A DNA stretch of 64,000 bases, taken from the NCBI GenBank assembly GCA_964035545.1, contig OZ037767.1, positions 28,102,628-28,166,627 of the forward strand, read 5' to 3'. Each line of letters begins with the position of its first letter. The first letter of the stretch is position 1. This DNA comes from Bugula neritina (taxonomy: Eukaryota; Animalia; Bryozoa). This document shows positions 29,669 to 42,618 of the stretch, piece by piece. The notes beneath the pieces were generated by a model, which was given only the letters and a program-made list of their open reading frames with translations, made no database searches and had not been told where the DNA came from. A program made the position numbers and the translations under genes.

Positions 29669-31084
29669 CTGTAATGTAAAGAATGAGTGAAAACCCCAAC
29701 TAAATTAATATATTATGCTAGGAACACAGTGTATAAAGCAGTAAAACGCAACATGTTAATTTATGCCACCTTACAACCATAATTTACACAACAAACCGAT
29801 TGTACTGTCATAGGAAAGCTGGAACAACCATAGTTCCATATCCGTACACATATTTACAATTATATGTATAGTCCATCTACTGACCAGCTGATAACATAAT
29901 ATGACAATTATATACATGTAGGAGTAATAAATTTGATAGTAACACTAATTATTTGGTGTTATCTAAGACTAGTGACAGTTTAAGCTTTAGGATTAAGGCT
30001 AAATAATAGTCATGCTGATAGTGACGGGCCTACTCACTCTCCAAGCGTGGTAAGGGCAGAAATAGAGAAATGGGGAAAAGCCCATGTTCAAGGTTAGAAA
30101 TGTAGCGAACTATCCTCATTTTCATCATAATAATTGATCTGTTAACGAACTCATAATCTTTTACTATTAGCACTATCACTTACTATTTTCAATAAATTCA
30201 GGTATCTTGTTTGACAAATTGAATTATCAAGTAAGTTACTTAAATAAATCAACATGACTAATAATATAGAGTGACGGTATTACATAATTAGACTTGGTAA
30301 CTGCAAAATTTAATTATTTACCTAGTCAGCTAATTGTCACTAATAATTATGTATGTGTAACTCAACAGATAATGTAATGTATCAAAGCCAAAGGGCAAAT
30401 CACAGTATTGTTTTAAGTATTACAAACCTATTTAAGGACAAGGACTATTGAATTATTTTTAAAAAATATGTAAATTTATATCTTTTTAGTCATACGGGAA
30501 AATCATTACATCAATCATTAAATGTTTTAAATAGCTTTTTGCTTTATCATAATTATCAAATGTTGTTAAATCTTTACATAAAATATAAATGTTTAAAAGA
30601 CCTATGAATCAAGTTCACACATTACAACTATATAGATTGTCAAACTATTAGACAGATACATTTAAACTGCTATTGAATCCAGTTGCTGCTAATAATCAGA
30701 TTTAATTTGCACCAGCGAGGAAACTATTTATAGAACTGTTATCACGACTTTGCGGAAACTTACAATAACCAAGGTGCAACTAGGTAAAAAGTTCAAACTA
30801 GATGAAAATGTCAGGTAGCTATTCACTGTAAACATATGGTACTTTGGTATATATAATCACTCTAATGTACACAACTATCAATATACGAGTATCAATATAT
30901 TGTAATTATAGCTTCATAGAGGAAAGGCATGGCTGATTGGTAACACAGGGTAACATGGGTGTGTACCAATACCCTGCACTGTATAAATTATCCACCCAGT
31001 ACTGGAGTAGCCAGTCAATATGCTGCAGTAGCTTATGGTGAAGTCAACTTAGAGCTGATATAACTGAGCAGTCTTCGTAAAACT

Positions 31085-33979
31085 ATGTTTTGGCTAAAAT
31101 ATTCCGTTGTGTTTCTACTACACGTACAGTTATCTACACGTAAGTATATATTATAATATCAGACACTTACAATGATCTACAGGTAAGTATATATAACTTA
31201 GTTTTATGCTATTACATAAACTATAATTTATTAATTTTAAGAATACTCTAAAATACATACATCATACTATATATAATATTATAAACTATATTAAATACAA
31301 TATAATATACAATACTAACTTGTGCAATATCACGCATTAAACGATATTATATATAATGTTATACAATGCTATATTATAAAAGAATAATTAGGACTACAAT
31401 ATATCACGAATCTAGCAATTTTGGTATTTATGTTACTCTACAGTTTACTCCACATTGGAGACTACTGCATTGTACGTACTGTATATACTATAAGTACTGT
31501 ATATACTATAAGTACTGTATATACTATAAGTACTGTATATACTATAAGTACTGTATATACTATAAGTACTGTATATACTATAAGTACTGTATATACTATA
31601 AGTACTGTATATACTATAAGTACTGTATATACTATAAGTACTGTATATACTATAAGTACTGTATATACTATAAGTACTGTATATACTATAAGTACTGTAT
31701 ATACTATAAGTACTGTATATACCATAAGTTCTGTATATACTATAAGTTCTGTATATACTGTAATCTACTGTACGTGTATATACTGTGAATACAAGCACCC
31801 AGTATATTTACGAACCTGCGTTATTATATTCTATTACCTTTAATAGAGGCAAAAGGGATTAAGACAATTGTTTTACGAACTCAAATCTACACACCTAATA
31901 AAATTATCATCAGCTCTCTGTGGATTATTCTTTGTATGTGTAAGGATAGAGTTTATACTTGATGTACTTGTAACTAGAGATAACCTGGTGTTATACAGTA
32001 ATATACATAATCTACTCTACACACCACACTATAGTCTACTCTACATATACATGCCCTGGTCTCTACTCTACACATACACACCTGCATTTAATGTTGGGGG
32101 GGGGGGGAGACTGAAAGCTGTGACCCCAGTTTAACAGCAGCAGTTAGAGTCTGAGACAGCATCGTACATGTACAAATTGATACATGGAGTTTAAATGGAA
32201 AAGGTTAAAATATTCAACAGGCACTCCAAAATCATAACAATTTATGTGAATAAATTACTATTCAATAGTTGAATAGAAAATAATTAATAATACAATTAAT
32301 TTAATTACTGGTTACAAAGGCGGACATTTTACTATTAATATTTAAATGTTTAATGAATTATCTGATGAAGCAATTCCAACGTAGCATAGCTTTTATAGTA
32401 GATGATGGGTGAGCTAATTTATTTAAATGTCATTTTCATTGCCGATTCCATAAAAGTTGACATTAGATAATTATTATGGTTACAGAATTCTACGCAAACC
32501 TTTGTTTTAACCGAAAGAGAACCCTGGACTGCTCCATGCAGGGCGCACCATTTGCCAATGGAGAGATGTCTGTTCTCTCAGTTACTATACTACTCAGCAC
32601 TGATGCCAGCAAACTACAGGCTAACAACAATGGCAAAACCTGCACTAACGTAGAGTTTGAGTGTAGAGCTACAGTGAGAGGTGGGCTATTTATAGATTAT
32701 ACCATACATTACAAGGTACCATATTCATAGATTATACTATAGAATGTAACTAATAACATACAAACTTGTTGCTGTTATTTCCATGGGAGACAACTGATGA
32801 AACGAAAGTTAAACTACGTAGAGTATTGAAGGGGTATAATTTATGACTCAAATCATTATCACTGCATTTTTCATGCCAGAAGACAAGATGGATAGAAGCA
32901 ATACAGAGGAGCCTAGATTTTTAGAAAGTAAAACATATAATTACATTTCAGCATTTACAACACCACACATGGCTGTACTAACTATATTTCTGTTTTCAGA
33001 AAGCCAAAGAGCTGATTTTGATGCAGGCATGCTAGCAGTGAACGATTACATTAAAAGAACATGTGATGGTAAAAGTTCTTGCTTCTTGGAGATTCCAAAC
33101 TGGACAGCAGTGAATGGAACAGCAGCTGAGTGTGCTAAATGGTTTCCTGGCGAAATATTTCACTTGAGGGGAGTTTATTTGGATATTGGTTGCAGCTTAC
33201 GTAAGTAGTCATGGCAACTGAATGCTAACTCCTGACTACACAACTAAACTGCAGGTTGCTAAAAGCTTCTTGAAGTAATAGAACTTCCAAAATAAATTTT
33301 CAACAAAGAAGGCTGAGGAAAACAAAGCTAATACTGCATGAGAGAAAAAGTGTAAAATGTGACCCACGTGAATAGAAGACAGATAAAGTAGTAGTTTGAG
33401 GAATCTTACAACAGAAAATGAGAATAAATTTGTTTAGTGTGGGAGTTGCATCACCATGACAACACTTATATGTTATGATAATATTATGTATTTTTGTAGC
33501 AATAGAGGAAGGCACCACAACTACTGTACAGGCAGTAAACCTCACAGAAAACACGAACTCAAGTGGCATGATAAATGATACTGTAACAGAGAACAATATT
33601 GAGACAACAACTCCCACAAGTATGTATGTTTAGTTATATAAGAAGTCATGCGTATGATATTCAAGTGACCAAACCATTTGTTATGCAGCCCATAACTTAT
33701 ATAGACAATAAATCTTAAAATATGCTACCGGCTACTACTAACCTTTGATATCTTTTTGGCATTACTGGATATACTAAACAAGGTAAGACAATTTCCATCA
33801 TATTGGTCAGGGTAAAGCAAACCTAATGGTATGTTATTTTAGAGAAAGGAAGTTTATTGAAATGGCCAAAGAAACGCCCAACACTACATGCAGAAAATAA
33901 TATGAATGGCTCAGCAACTGGAATCAGCAATGCAATATTATTATTTTGGAGTTATGTCCTCCTGACTCACTTGTATTAG
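31085..33979 (+). CDS. Nested gene 1: signal peptide + SUEL-like 8-Cys domain + mucin stalk + GPI-signal-like C-terminus
   Basis: Exons 31085-31139 (MFWLKYSVVFLLHVQLST), 32486-32680 (4 Cys), 33000-33200 (YIKRTCDGKSSC...ECAKW...LDIGC), 33500-33619 (Thr/Asn-rich) and 33843-33979 (...NGSATGISNAILLFWSYVLLTHLY*). All GT-AG, phase 1, with an open frame. The terminal exon is less certain; alternative at 34948-35114. Confidence 0.7.
31476..31760. repeat. 18 bp minisatellite, ~16 copies
   Basis: Unit gtactgtatatactataa, near-perfect; lies in intron 1 of nested gene 1. Confidence 0.95.
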
Positions 33980-35552
33980 CCAAGTAAGAGGAATTACCAA
34001 CAGCAACTTCCCAATGCATTGGAAGGAGAAGATAAAAGGGAACTTCTGTACGTGTTACATAAACATCTCTAAAGCTGGGCAGTTAACCATGAGAGCCAAG
34101 TATACAAGGTCAAAGGTCACATATATGAATATGAACTAAAATGCAGATTGTGATATGTACTTTTTTATAAACAACAAGATTACACTTATTTATTATGATT
34201 CTGTACTGGTTTCAACTAAGGTGGTAGCAAGAGATAAATACATTAACATAACATATTATGTAATAATTTATAATAAAATTAATGATTAGTGATTAAGTAT
34301 AGTATATTGCAGACCATTACTCTGATCTAGGAAATAAAGTTAGTGATGAGTAAGTACTAAGTACAAATAGGAAAGCTAATAAATCAGAAGGTAAATGAAG
34401 CAATAAATATAACAGAGACATATCTGTAAGTCACACTAAATTAGGCTGGGGAGTAGAGGGTAACAGATATGTTGAGAGACACAAGCAATATGCAGCATCA
34501 CCTTGAAAGGGAACAGCTAGCTTACTATAACGAATCTACTGTAAAATGGGGAGGGCATTTCACATTATAGGTTACACCATTTGCTTAGCATCCTCCCTGC
34601 TAGGTGAGTTGCGAAATCATAATTTATATTTGTAATAACTCTTAGATTAATCAAAAGTTCAATCAATTTAATATATTTTCTGCTGCAGCCCTACATGGTA
34701 GCCATATTTGATTTAATGTTTACTGCAGGCTATTCTGATAAAATCATTCCTGCTTAGTAGATAAACATCTGTAATAGCTTTTATAGCAAGTATTTCTTGA
34801 AAGTAATAGCCATTGCAAGTTGGAGTGATATAGCCTACGGCTATTTGGTACAGGCTCTTTAGCACACATGCTATTTAACACACAAGTTACTAGTATAATG
34901 CATGCTATTTAGGTATACAATCATTATTATAAGTTCTTCTCAAACAGCTGTAGAATCTTTCACAACTGAATGGCGAACAGCTGGCCCAGACAGAGTAAAT
35001 GATGTCCAAACTAGCACAAAGAGCTCTACACAGCCAAAGCTCGTCACACAAACACCGGAGAAACCGAGTTCTCCATCAAGAGATAGCACAACTCATGAGG
35101 ATGGGAATAACTAGGGCCATAATATACTTAGAACACCAGTATTGGTTGTTTGCTATTTGCTACTATTGTTAGCAAGCTTACTATATTAATATAATATTGT
35201 TATTAAAATATTAGGATCGTTGATATAGCTAGTGCCTTATTCACACTTTCATTGTGCTGTACACGTCAATGTTATATATTAAATAGACTACAGAAAGAAG
35301 CTTATAATAGCATCATATAATTAATAAATCAAATAATCCCCTATAACTTTATTGTTCTCAAAAATAATGGTATAAATAAAATTGTGTAGTGAAAGACTGA
35401 TCATTTTTCAATAGATATTGGAAAGACAACTCCACGTAAAAAGTGCACCATTACTGTATGCAGTATAGTTGATGGATTAACTGATTATATAAAGTTTTAA
35501 TAAATAGCCACAACAACCAATAGGACTTCTTAAAATAATACACACTAGTCAC

Positions 35553-35695
35553 ATGTTTACTAGAGTATATACAATATGTTTACTAGAGTATATACAATAT
35601 GTTTACTAGAGTATATACAATATGTTTACTAGAGTATATACAATATGTTTACTAGAGTATATACAATATGTTTACTAGAGTATATACAATATGTT
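35553..35695. repeat. 23 bp tandem repeat, ~6 copies
   Basis: Unit atgtttactagagtatatacaat. Confidence 0.9.
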
Positions 35696-35988
35696 CGTCA
35701 TGAAATTAGGTTCCCAAGCAAACATAATAGAGTCTGTCTCACCTAACTCTAGATATGTCTTTCCCTTAGCTAAAATAGTGCTAGATGCTACATGCAATAG
35801 TACTGTCTTTTTTAAATTGAACTCCGTATATACAAGAATATTCTAAATAAGTAAACGCTTTCTTGACAGTTATTTTGAATAATTCACATTTCAAATATTG
35901 TAGCTCTTACACACACTACTTGCTAGAGAAGAATTTAATAATCTATTCAATGACTTATTTTCCTTAGAAATAGTTTTTGCTAAATGAG

Positions 35989-36339
35989 TTAGCCTAGGGC
36001 CACACGGTGCGTATTTTCGCATGCGAAAATTGAAATCACAAGTAGCAAAGGTGTCCACTGTAGCGTCAGTGATGCGTGATAAATAAAGCTTTCATTTTTA
36101 AATCGCACTCCGCTTTCAATAAAACGCAATTTACTGGAATGTAGCACTAAAATGAAGAAATTGGGCTCGCTGAATAACTACCAGCCAATTAGGTGACGAC
36201 GACAGAGACGATTCGCACTTGCGTTGAAAATGCAGAGCGACAAGTGCGAAGGTTTTCTCAACGCGCACAGTGGACACCTTTGCTACTTGTGATTTCAATT
36301 TTCGCATGCGAAAATACGCACAGTGTGGCCCTAGGCTAA
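35989..36339. mobile_element. MITE / non-autonomous DNA transposon with ~73 bp terminal inverted repeats
   Basis: 35989-36061 (ttagcctagggccacacggtgcgtattttcgcatgcgaaaattg...gtgtccactgt) is the reverse complement of 36267-36339 with one mismatch; no ORF inside. Confidence 0.88.
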
Positions 36340-36419
36340 ATGAAAAAAGGGGGTAACTCTAAAAAATCTCCGCAAAGAATATTTTTAATGGTAGCACTGA
36401 TTTCCAGTCCCACACAGTA

Positions 36420-36930
36420 CATTTATTCAGTAACTATTTATTCACATATATATTATGGCTATTGCCAGATAAACGCATCTTCAGGGCAGTGTGCCCAAGC
36501 ATATTGGTTTTATAACATATTTTGTGCATACATGTCTTGAATTAATTGGGATAATGACTCACATGCTAATGTTTTCTGTTAGCCTCAGGCACTATAAAAC
36601 TGATGCTCATTGCTGATTTTCATTGCATGCTATTTTTTGCTGTATCACTCAAATTAATCACTAAGCTGGCTTGAATGTTTAGGCCACAGGCTATACATGC
36701 TGCTAAGTGAGAAAACAAATGTTACAGATATCAAAAGCAAGTTACAGCATTAAATAGTCTCAAAAAACGTCATCAACAAATGAACCATCAACCCCAATTA
36801 ATTCAAAACATGTATGCACTAAAAAGATTATAAAATTAACACTCCTGAGCATGGTATCCTGAAGTTGTCTTTAGCTGATAGCTGAGGTATATGTGAATAA
36901 TTTAATACTACATTAATACAATGTGCCTGG
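36420..36930. mobile_element. Old degenerate inverted-repeat (foldback/MITE) element
   Basis: tattcacatata (~36439) pairs with tatatgtgaata (~36888); gtgcatacatgtcttgaattaattggg (~36524-36550) pairs with cccaattaattcaaaacatgtatgcac (~36793-36819). Boundaries approximate. Confidence 0.6.
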
Positions 36931-37305
36931 AATCCTTATTGTAGGATATACAAATATAACTTTGGTATAACACTAACACAACTTTTAATTAACTATTATT
37001 ACCATGAATAGACGTGGTAAACCAAGAAGGTGAAGGTGAAATGGATTTCCTCAAGTGTACAGACACCATCTATCCCCATGGGATTAGGGTTAGGGATAAG
37101 ACAGTAGAATTACAGATTAAAGAGATAGATAGGTGTATAAGATGGTACAGCATCATCTCTTAGCATTTAATTGCATTACATAAATTATACTGAGTATTCT
37201 AGAAGGATATGCGCTTGTCACCTCAATATGTGTAGCGCAGCTATATCATTCTCAGTTGAATATATCAGAGTAATTCCGTAAAATAATAATATCACTCCCA
37301 ACTAC

Positions 37306-37647
37306 AGCCTAAGGCCAATCTATATAACCTAAGACCAACCTATATAACCCAAGACCAACCTATATAACCCAAGGCCAATCTATAATATAACCCAAGACCA
37401 ACCTATAATATAACCCAAGACCAACCTATATAACCCAAGACCAATCTATATAACCTAAGACCAACCTATATAACCCAAGACCAACCTATATAACCCAAGG
37501 CCAATCTATAATATAACCCAAGACCAACCTATAATATAACCCAAGACCAACCTATATACCCCAAGACCAACCTATATAACCCAAGACCAACCTATATAAC
37601 CCAAGACCAACCTATATAACCCAAGACCAATCTATATAACCCAAGAC
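37306..37647. repeat. 20 bp minisatellite with 25 bp variants
   Basis: Unit taacccaagaccaacctata. Confidence 0.92.
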
Positions 37648-38045
37648 TATAGCAGAGTTCCATTTGCCAATGCTGGTAATACAGTAGTCAGTACCTGCTA
37701 TCACATGGCACAAGCTGTTGTATCAAACAGTAAGTGTGGAATCACAACTTCCTCAGAGTGAGTAAATAGTTTCAGTGTGTACTAATTGTACTACTTAAAC
37801 TGAGTAAACAAGTTGTTTTGCTTACAAAGCAGGTTATAGCAATCATCACAGAATGTGAAATATCCTTAAACTATGGCCTATACTGCTAGGAATTTATTAT
37901 TGTATACTGCAATATTAAGTCAACTATTACAGTATATAATACAGTGTATAATACAGTGTATCATACAGTATATAATACAGTGTATATATATAATACAGTA
38001 CATATTACAGTATATAATACAGTGTATAATACAGACATATTAGAG

Positions 38046-39139
38046 TAGGGGTGGGGGGGGGGCACAACGGTCATAGGGGTACAAAAAGCAGGTCAAATTG
38101 TGAGAGAACTTATTGACTTAGAGTTGTGATTTTTTTCATAAAAAGGTAATGACATAAATATTCAGCCATTGTAGTTTCAACACTTGCGGAGCATACGTGT
38201 TGAAGAGGCGGATCAAAAACTGTTTTTACCTACTTTTTGTAAATTTTTTAAGATGTCTTTAAAGCTTTATAACTTTTTACACGCAAGGGTAACAAGCTGA
38301 GATTTTGCTGATATTGTTGCCACTGCTTGTCTGTACATTGCTTAACTAGTATAACAGCAAACTCTAAAATAAATTTTCCTTGAGCCACATTTATTTTCAA
38401 CTTGGCCACACGGGGCACAATGGGCCACCTGATCCTTGCACCCTGATCACTATTATTAGTTTGTTTGCCCAAAAAGTTAAATGAAATATTAATAAAATCT
38501 ATAGATATAGCCATTTCTGACCTTTTTGTAAAGTATCAAAGACATCATGGTAAGACTACCAAACTACAAGGTGAAGCTCCCCTAATATATACATTTGATG
38601 AGGTTATAGCCATTTTATACATTATACAAAACACTCTGCTGTTGCTACTAATGGATAGTCATGATATTCATTATACATTATATCATTCAGGGAATATACA
38701 TGTATTTGACTAAAATAAATGCTGATTTGCACATTTCCTTCCCCTCCGCACTCCAGTCACAAACCTCAGCCACCTTAGCTACAGTTCATAGAAAAAAGTC
38801 CACTAGGAATTTTGTAGTAAATGTTACTAAAGTTTTTTTCTGATGAGAGTTTATGTGAAGTGAAAATAGAAAAACATCTTTAGTTCTAAACAGTAATGAA
38901 AATGCCACCCAGTGGCCCATTGTACCCTGGTACTGGGGCACAATTGGCTGATTTTTTCTTCATGAAAATTTCATGATTCTGAAAGTTGTGAGAGAGATAG
39001 AAACAACAAACTAGTACCTGTAATAGACAACAGATGCAGCATTAAGACTAGAGATTGTTGAACTAGTAACTTGAAAAACAGACGAATGAGAGCAAAAAAT
39101 GCAAATATCGGGCCATTGTGCCCTCCCCCCTTACCCCTA
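38046..39139. mobile_element. Non-autonomous Tc1/mariner-pogo-like element (~1.1 kb) with TA flanks
   Basis: Left end TA-ggggtggggggggggcacaacggtc and right end gggccattgtgccctcccccc-ttacccc-TA are imperfect inverted repeats. The motif ggggcacaatgggcca recurs internally (~38412, ~38935, inverted ~38913). It is inserted into a (tacagtatata)-type low-complexity tract. Superfamily is inferred from the TA flanks only. Confidence 0.72.
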
Positions 39140-39274
39140 TATGATGCAGTATATTATACAGTATATAATACAGTGTATAACACAGTATATATTACAGTAT
39201 ATGATGCATTATATAATATAGTCCACAATACAGTATATATTACAGTATATATACTGTATTATACAGTACTATAT

Positions 39275-39898
39275 AGCCCACCACTAACATACATACAGTA
39301 CTACTTAGCCCACCACTAACATACACACAGTACTATTTAGCCCACCACTAACATACATACAGTACTATTTAGCCCACCACTAACATACACACAGTACTAT
39401 TTAGCCCACCACTAACATACATACTGCAGTACTATTTAGCCCACCACTAACATACACACAGTACTATTTAGCCCACCACTAACATACATACAGTACTATT
39501 TAGTCCACCACTAACATACATACAGTACTATTTAGCCCACCACTAACATACATACAGTACTATTTAGCCCACCACTAACATACATACAGTAATATTTAGC
39601 CCACCACTAACATACATACAGTACTATTTAGCCCACCACTAACATACATACAGTACTATTTAGCCCACCACTAACATACATACAGTACTATTTAGCCCAC
39701 CACTAACATACATACAGTACTATTTAGCCCACCACTAACATACATACAGTACTATTTAGCCCACCACTAACATACATACAGTACTATTTAGCCCACCACT
39801 AACATACATACAGTACTATTTAGCCCACCACTAACATACATACAGTACTATTTAGCCCACCACTAACTACATACAGTACTATTTAGCCCACCACTAAC
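39275..39898. repeat. 32 bp minisatellite, ~19 copies
   Basis: Unit gcccaccactaacatacatacagtactattta, no spacers. Confidence 0.95.
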
Positions 39899-42618
39899 TG
39901 TTGCCTTATACATTAATCATGTATACTCCAAATTAATCATTCACTGGCAATTATTGTGGTAAGACATCAAGATATAACATATTATTATGTTATAGCTTGG
40001 TGTTTAGAACTTTTTACAATGTAGCACTTTCATTATCCTATACATTGTATGTAAAGCATATTGTGGGTAGAGTTTGATGCAGGTAGCATATACTGTTATA
40101 GGTAGAGTATATTGTACGTAGAATATGATACAGGTAATTTTCATTCTATAGACTATAGAGTATAGACCTTCAAAAGGAAATATATAAAACCAAACTTGAG
40201 AGATGCAGTTTACATTTAGGCTCCATGTTTACCTACAAAACAAGGCCCTGGGCTACTTAGTAGTGAGTTGTTCAAACTTTACACAAATGGGGACAATGAA
40301 AGACTTAACAACAACTTTATTTACTGTACATAGAATGCAGTATCTATATTGCGTCATAACTTTGTGAATCAAGAGGGACTAAAAACAGCTGCTGAAACAT
40401 TTTTATATCAACTTGATAATTATTCACAGCTATGTTTTCAATTTACTATAATATAATTGGCTTGCGTATGACTGACTAATCTCGGAATGCAAACAGCCAC
40501 AACTATTTATAATTTATTAATTTGAATTGCCTGGCAATATAGAGCTATCAATCAGTTAGTGCACCACTGTCACTGTGATAACTTGAGATTACATTCTGAT
40601 CTGTTCTACTGAGAGTTGGACTTCTAGACTGCTACATACTGACTCTGAGTAAGTCTAACTGAATATATGTACTTCAAGGTGAAGTTACATTGTCACTAAT
40701 ATGAATAAATTTATATTTAAATTTTGATGCGAATAATTATTTGAATGTAGCATCAGAATATCTGGCTTGAGTGCTGTTAGGATATGCCTATGGATTAGGT
40801 TATTCCGAGAGAAATGTGTGTCTGTTATTTCAAATAACTCAACAATAATAGCTCTAGTCTTGTACAAAGATATCACTTTTCACCATACTCGTTTCCAACT
40901 GCTGGTTTTCAAATTCTGTTGAGAAAGCAACTGCTATATTTACTGCGGGGCAGTAGAAAAACCTGAACAAATGCAAAAGTTTCAAATAACGAATTTGCAG
41001 TACCTTTTCAAGACACTAAGTAGGTAAGTGTTGTTGAGGCAAGTAAAACGAGAATAATTTCTACAAATATGAAATTGTCTACCTAAATCCAAAACATAGA
41101 TAAAGAAAATTTCAACAAGCAGTAAGGAGCATTTTTGCTAATAGCTTAAAAAGTTATTTGCCCTTAAAATCAATTAAACTTGTTGAACTACTAATTAAAA
41201 ATCCAAGACACAAAAATATGCATTTCAATTCTTAATAGATTGTTCAGCGGTAGAAGGCATCATTTTTTCCAAAACTGCAAGAATCGATGAAATTAATGAA
41301 GAAATTATTGCAGTTTGTAGAAATCTTACAAGTCAGCACTTATTTCTGTCCTGTATAGCAAAAGGAAATATGTCACATGCATATATCAGCTGTAGAATAC
41401 AGAGTTACAGATTTTTGCTTAGCTTGTGTTTATAGATTCTGATTGGAAGCCTAATTACTTTCTGGAAGGTTACAAAGTTTCTTTAGTTCTAAGGCTATAA
41501 AATAGACTGCAATTCTACACTGACCTCCAAAATATGAGTACATGCAGAAAACATGTGTTTAATAAATATCAAAGAAAATTACAACATAAGAGAGATGGTC
41601 TATTCTTTGCCTTCATTAAAAATTCAGCTAAGCATTATAGAATTGATAGTTGCTTGTCATGGACGGTCTAAAAAAACAATGAGATGTGAGGAGAAAGACT
41701 AGGCTTTGAAAAGTTTTAATTGGATTAGAAATTCTAAAGCATGAAAGTAGATAATGCAGAGGTTTGAACTAGAGAACTAAGGCTATAGGCAGTTATTTAG
41801 CAAATTGCAAGTCATGTCATGTTTGACACAAACCTAACCAAGAATAATTAGAGTAGCAGGCTTCATTAGCTAGCCAAGTGTGGTTACTAATACATCTCGG
41901 CATGTGCCTAATGGAGGCAAGTAGTTGTGGTTCTTTTACCATAGCTTGTGTTCTCTAGAGGGAAGATGTTATCACCCACCCACACTGATATATAAATTTG
42001 AAAACAAAATTAAGTAAACCTATCACGGAATAACTCCATAGGTGAGCAACAAAAAATAATTTGGCAACTGGTTTCTTTTACATTCAGCATTTGGGCGAAA
42101 CCCAAATTGTTTTCCTGCCTATATATTTGGTCGTGTACAGCCATGAGGAGCTTGTCAAGGTGAAAGTTATGAGTAGAACATGGTTGTTCGCCTGCAAGAC
42201 ACCAGTGGATGACGTGTGGATGCTATTATAAATAACCACAGCTCTACATCTCAGTATCATTTCTAAGCTCACATCTTAGTGGTCAGTCAACCGTGGCTGG
42301 TTGATTGAATGATATGTTGATACACACAGGATATAATTAGTATAGAGAAGTTGATGAGTGAGTGAGGTTAGAAAGAAAGGAGCTAGTAGGTTGAACATAG
42401 CCAGGGTTTCACTAGTGATGTAGCTGTGCTCTGCGGGTTTAGACTAAATATAGTATAACACAGTGTAGGCAGCAATCTTACACAGTAGAGTACAGAGGTT
42501 TATACTTTCTATGATTATATTCTTCAGCTAAACTTTATCAGGACTAACAGATTAACTTAAGACTAATATCTGGACAACAAGAGAGGAACATAGCCTCAGA
42601 TCTATCAAAGGACTGATG

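Noticed and set aside
31366-31843. ORFs with YCIYYK / TVYTIS / YSIYST repeats
   Set aside because: Artefacts of an 18 bp minisatellite that is open in several frames on both strands; it lies in an intron.
37012-37760. Possible further exons downstream of gene 1 (VVNQEGEGEMDFLKC..., VPFANAGNTVV...)
   Set aside because: No recognisable homology, no TM segment and no consistent splice path from gene 1.
39275-39898. 32 bp repeat array of CRISPR-like unit length
   Set aside because: Head-to-tail copies with no unique spacers, no cas genes, eukaryotic context.
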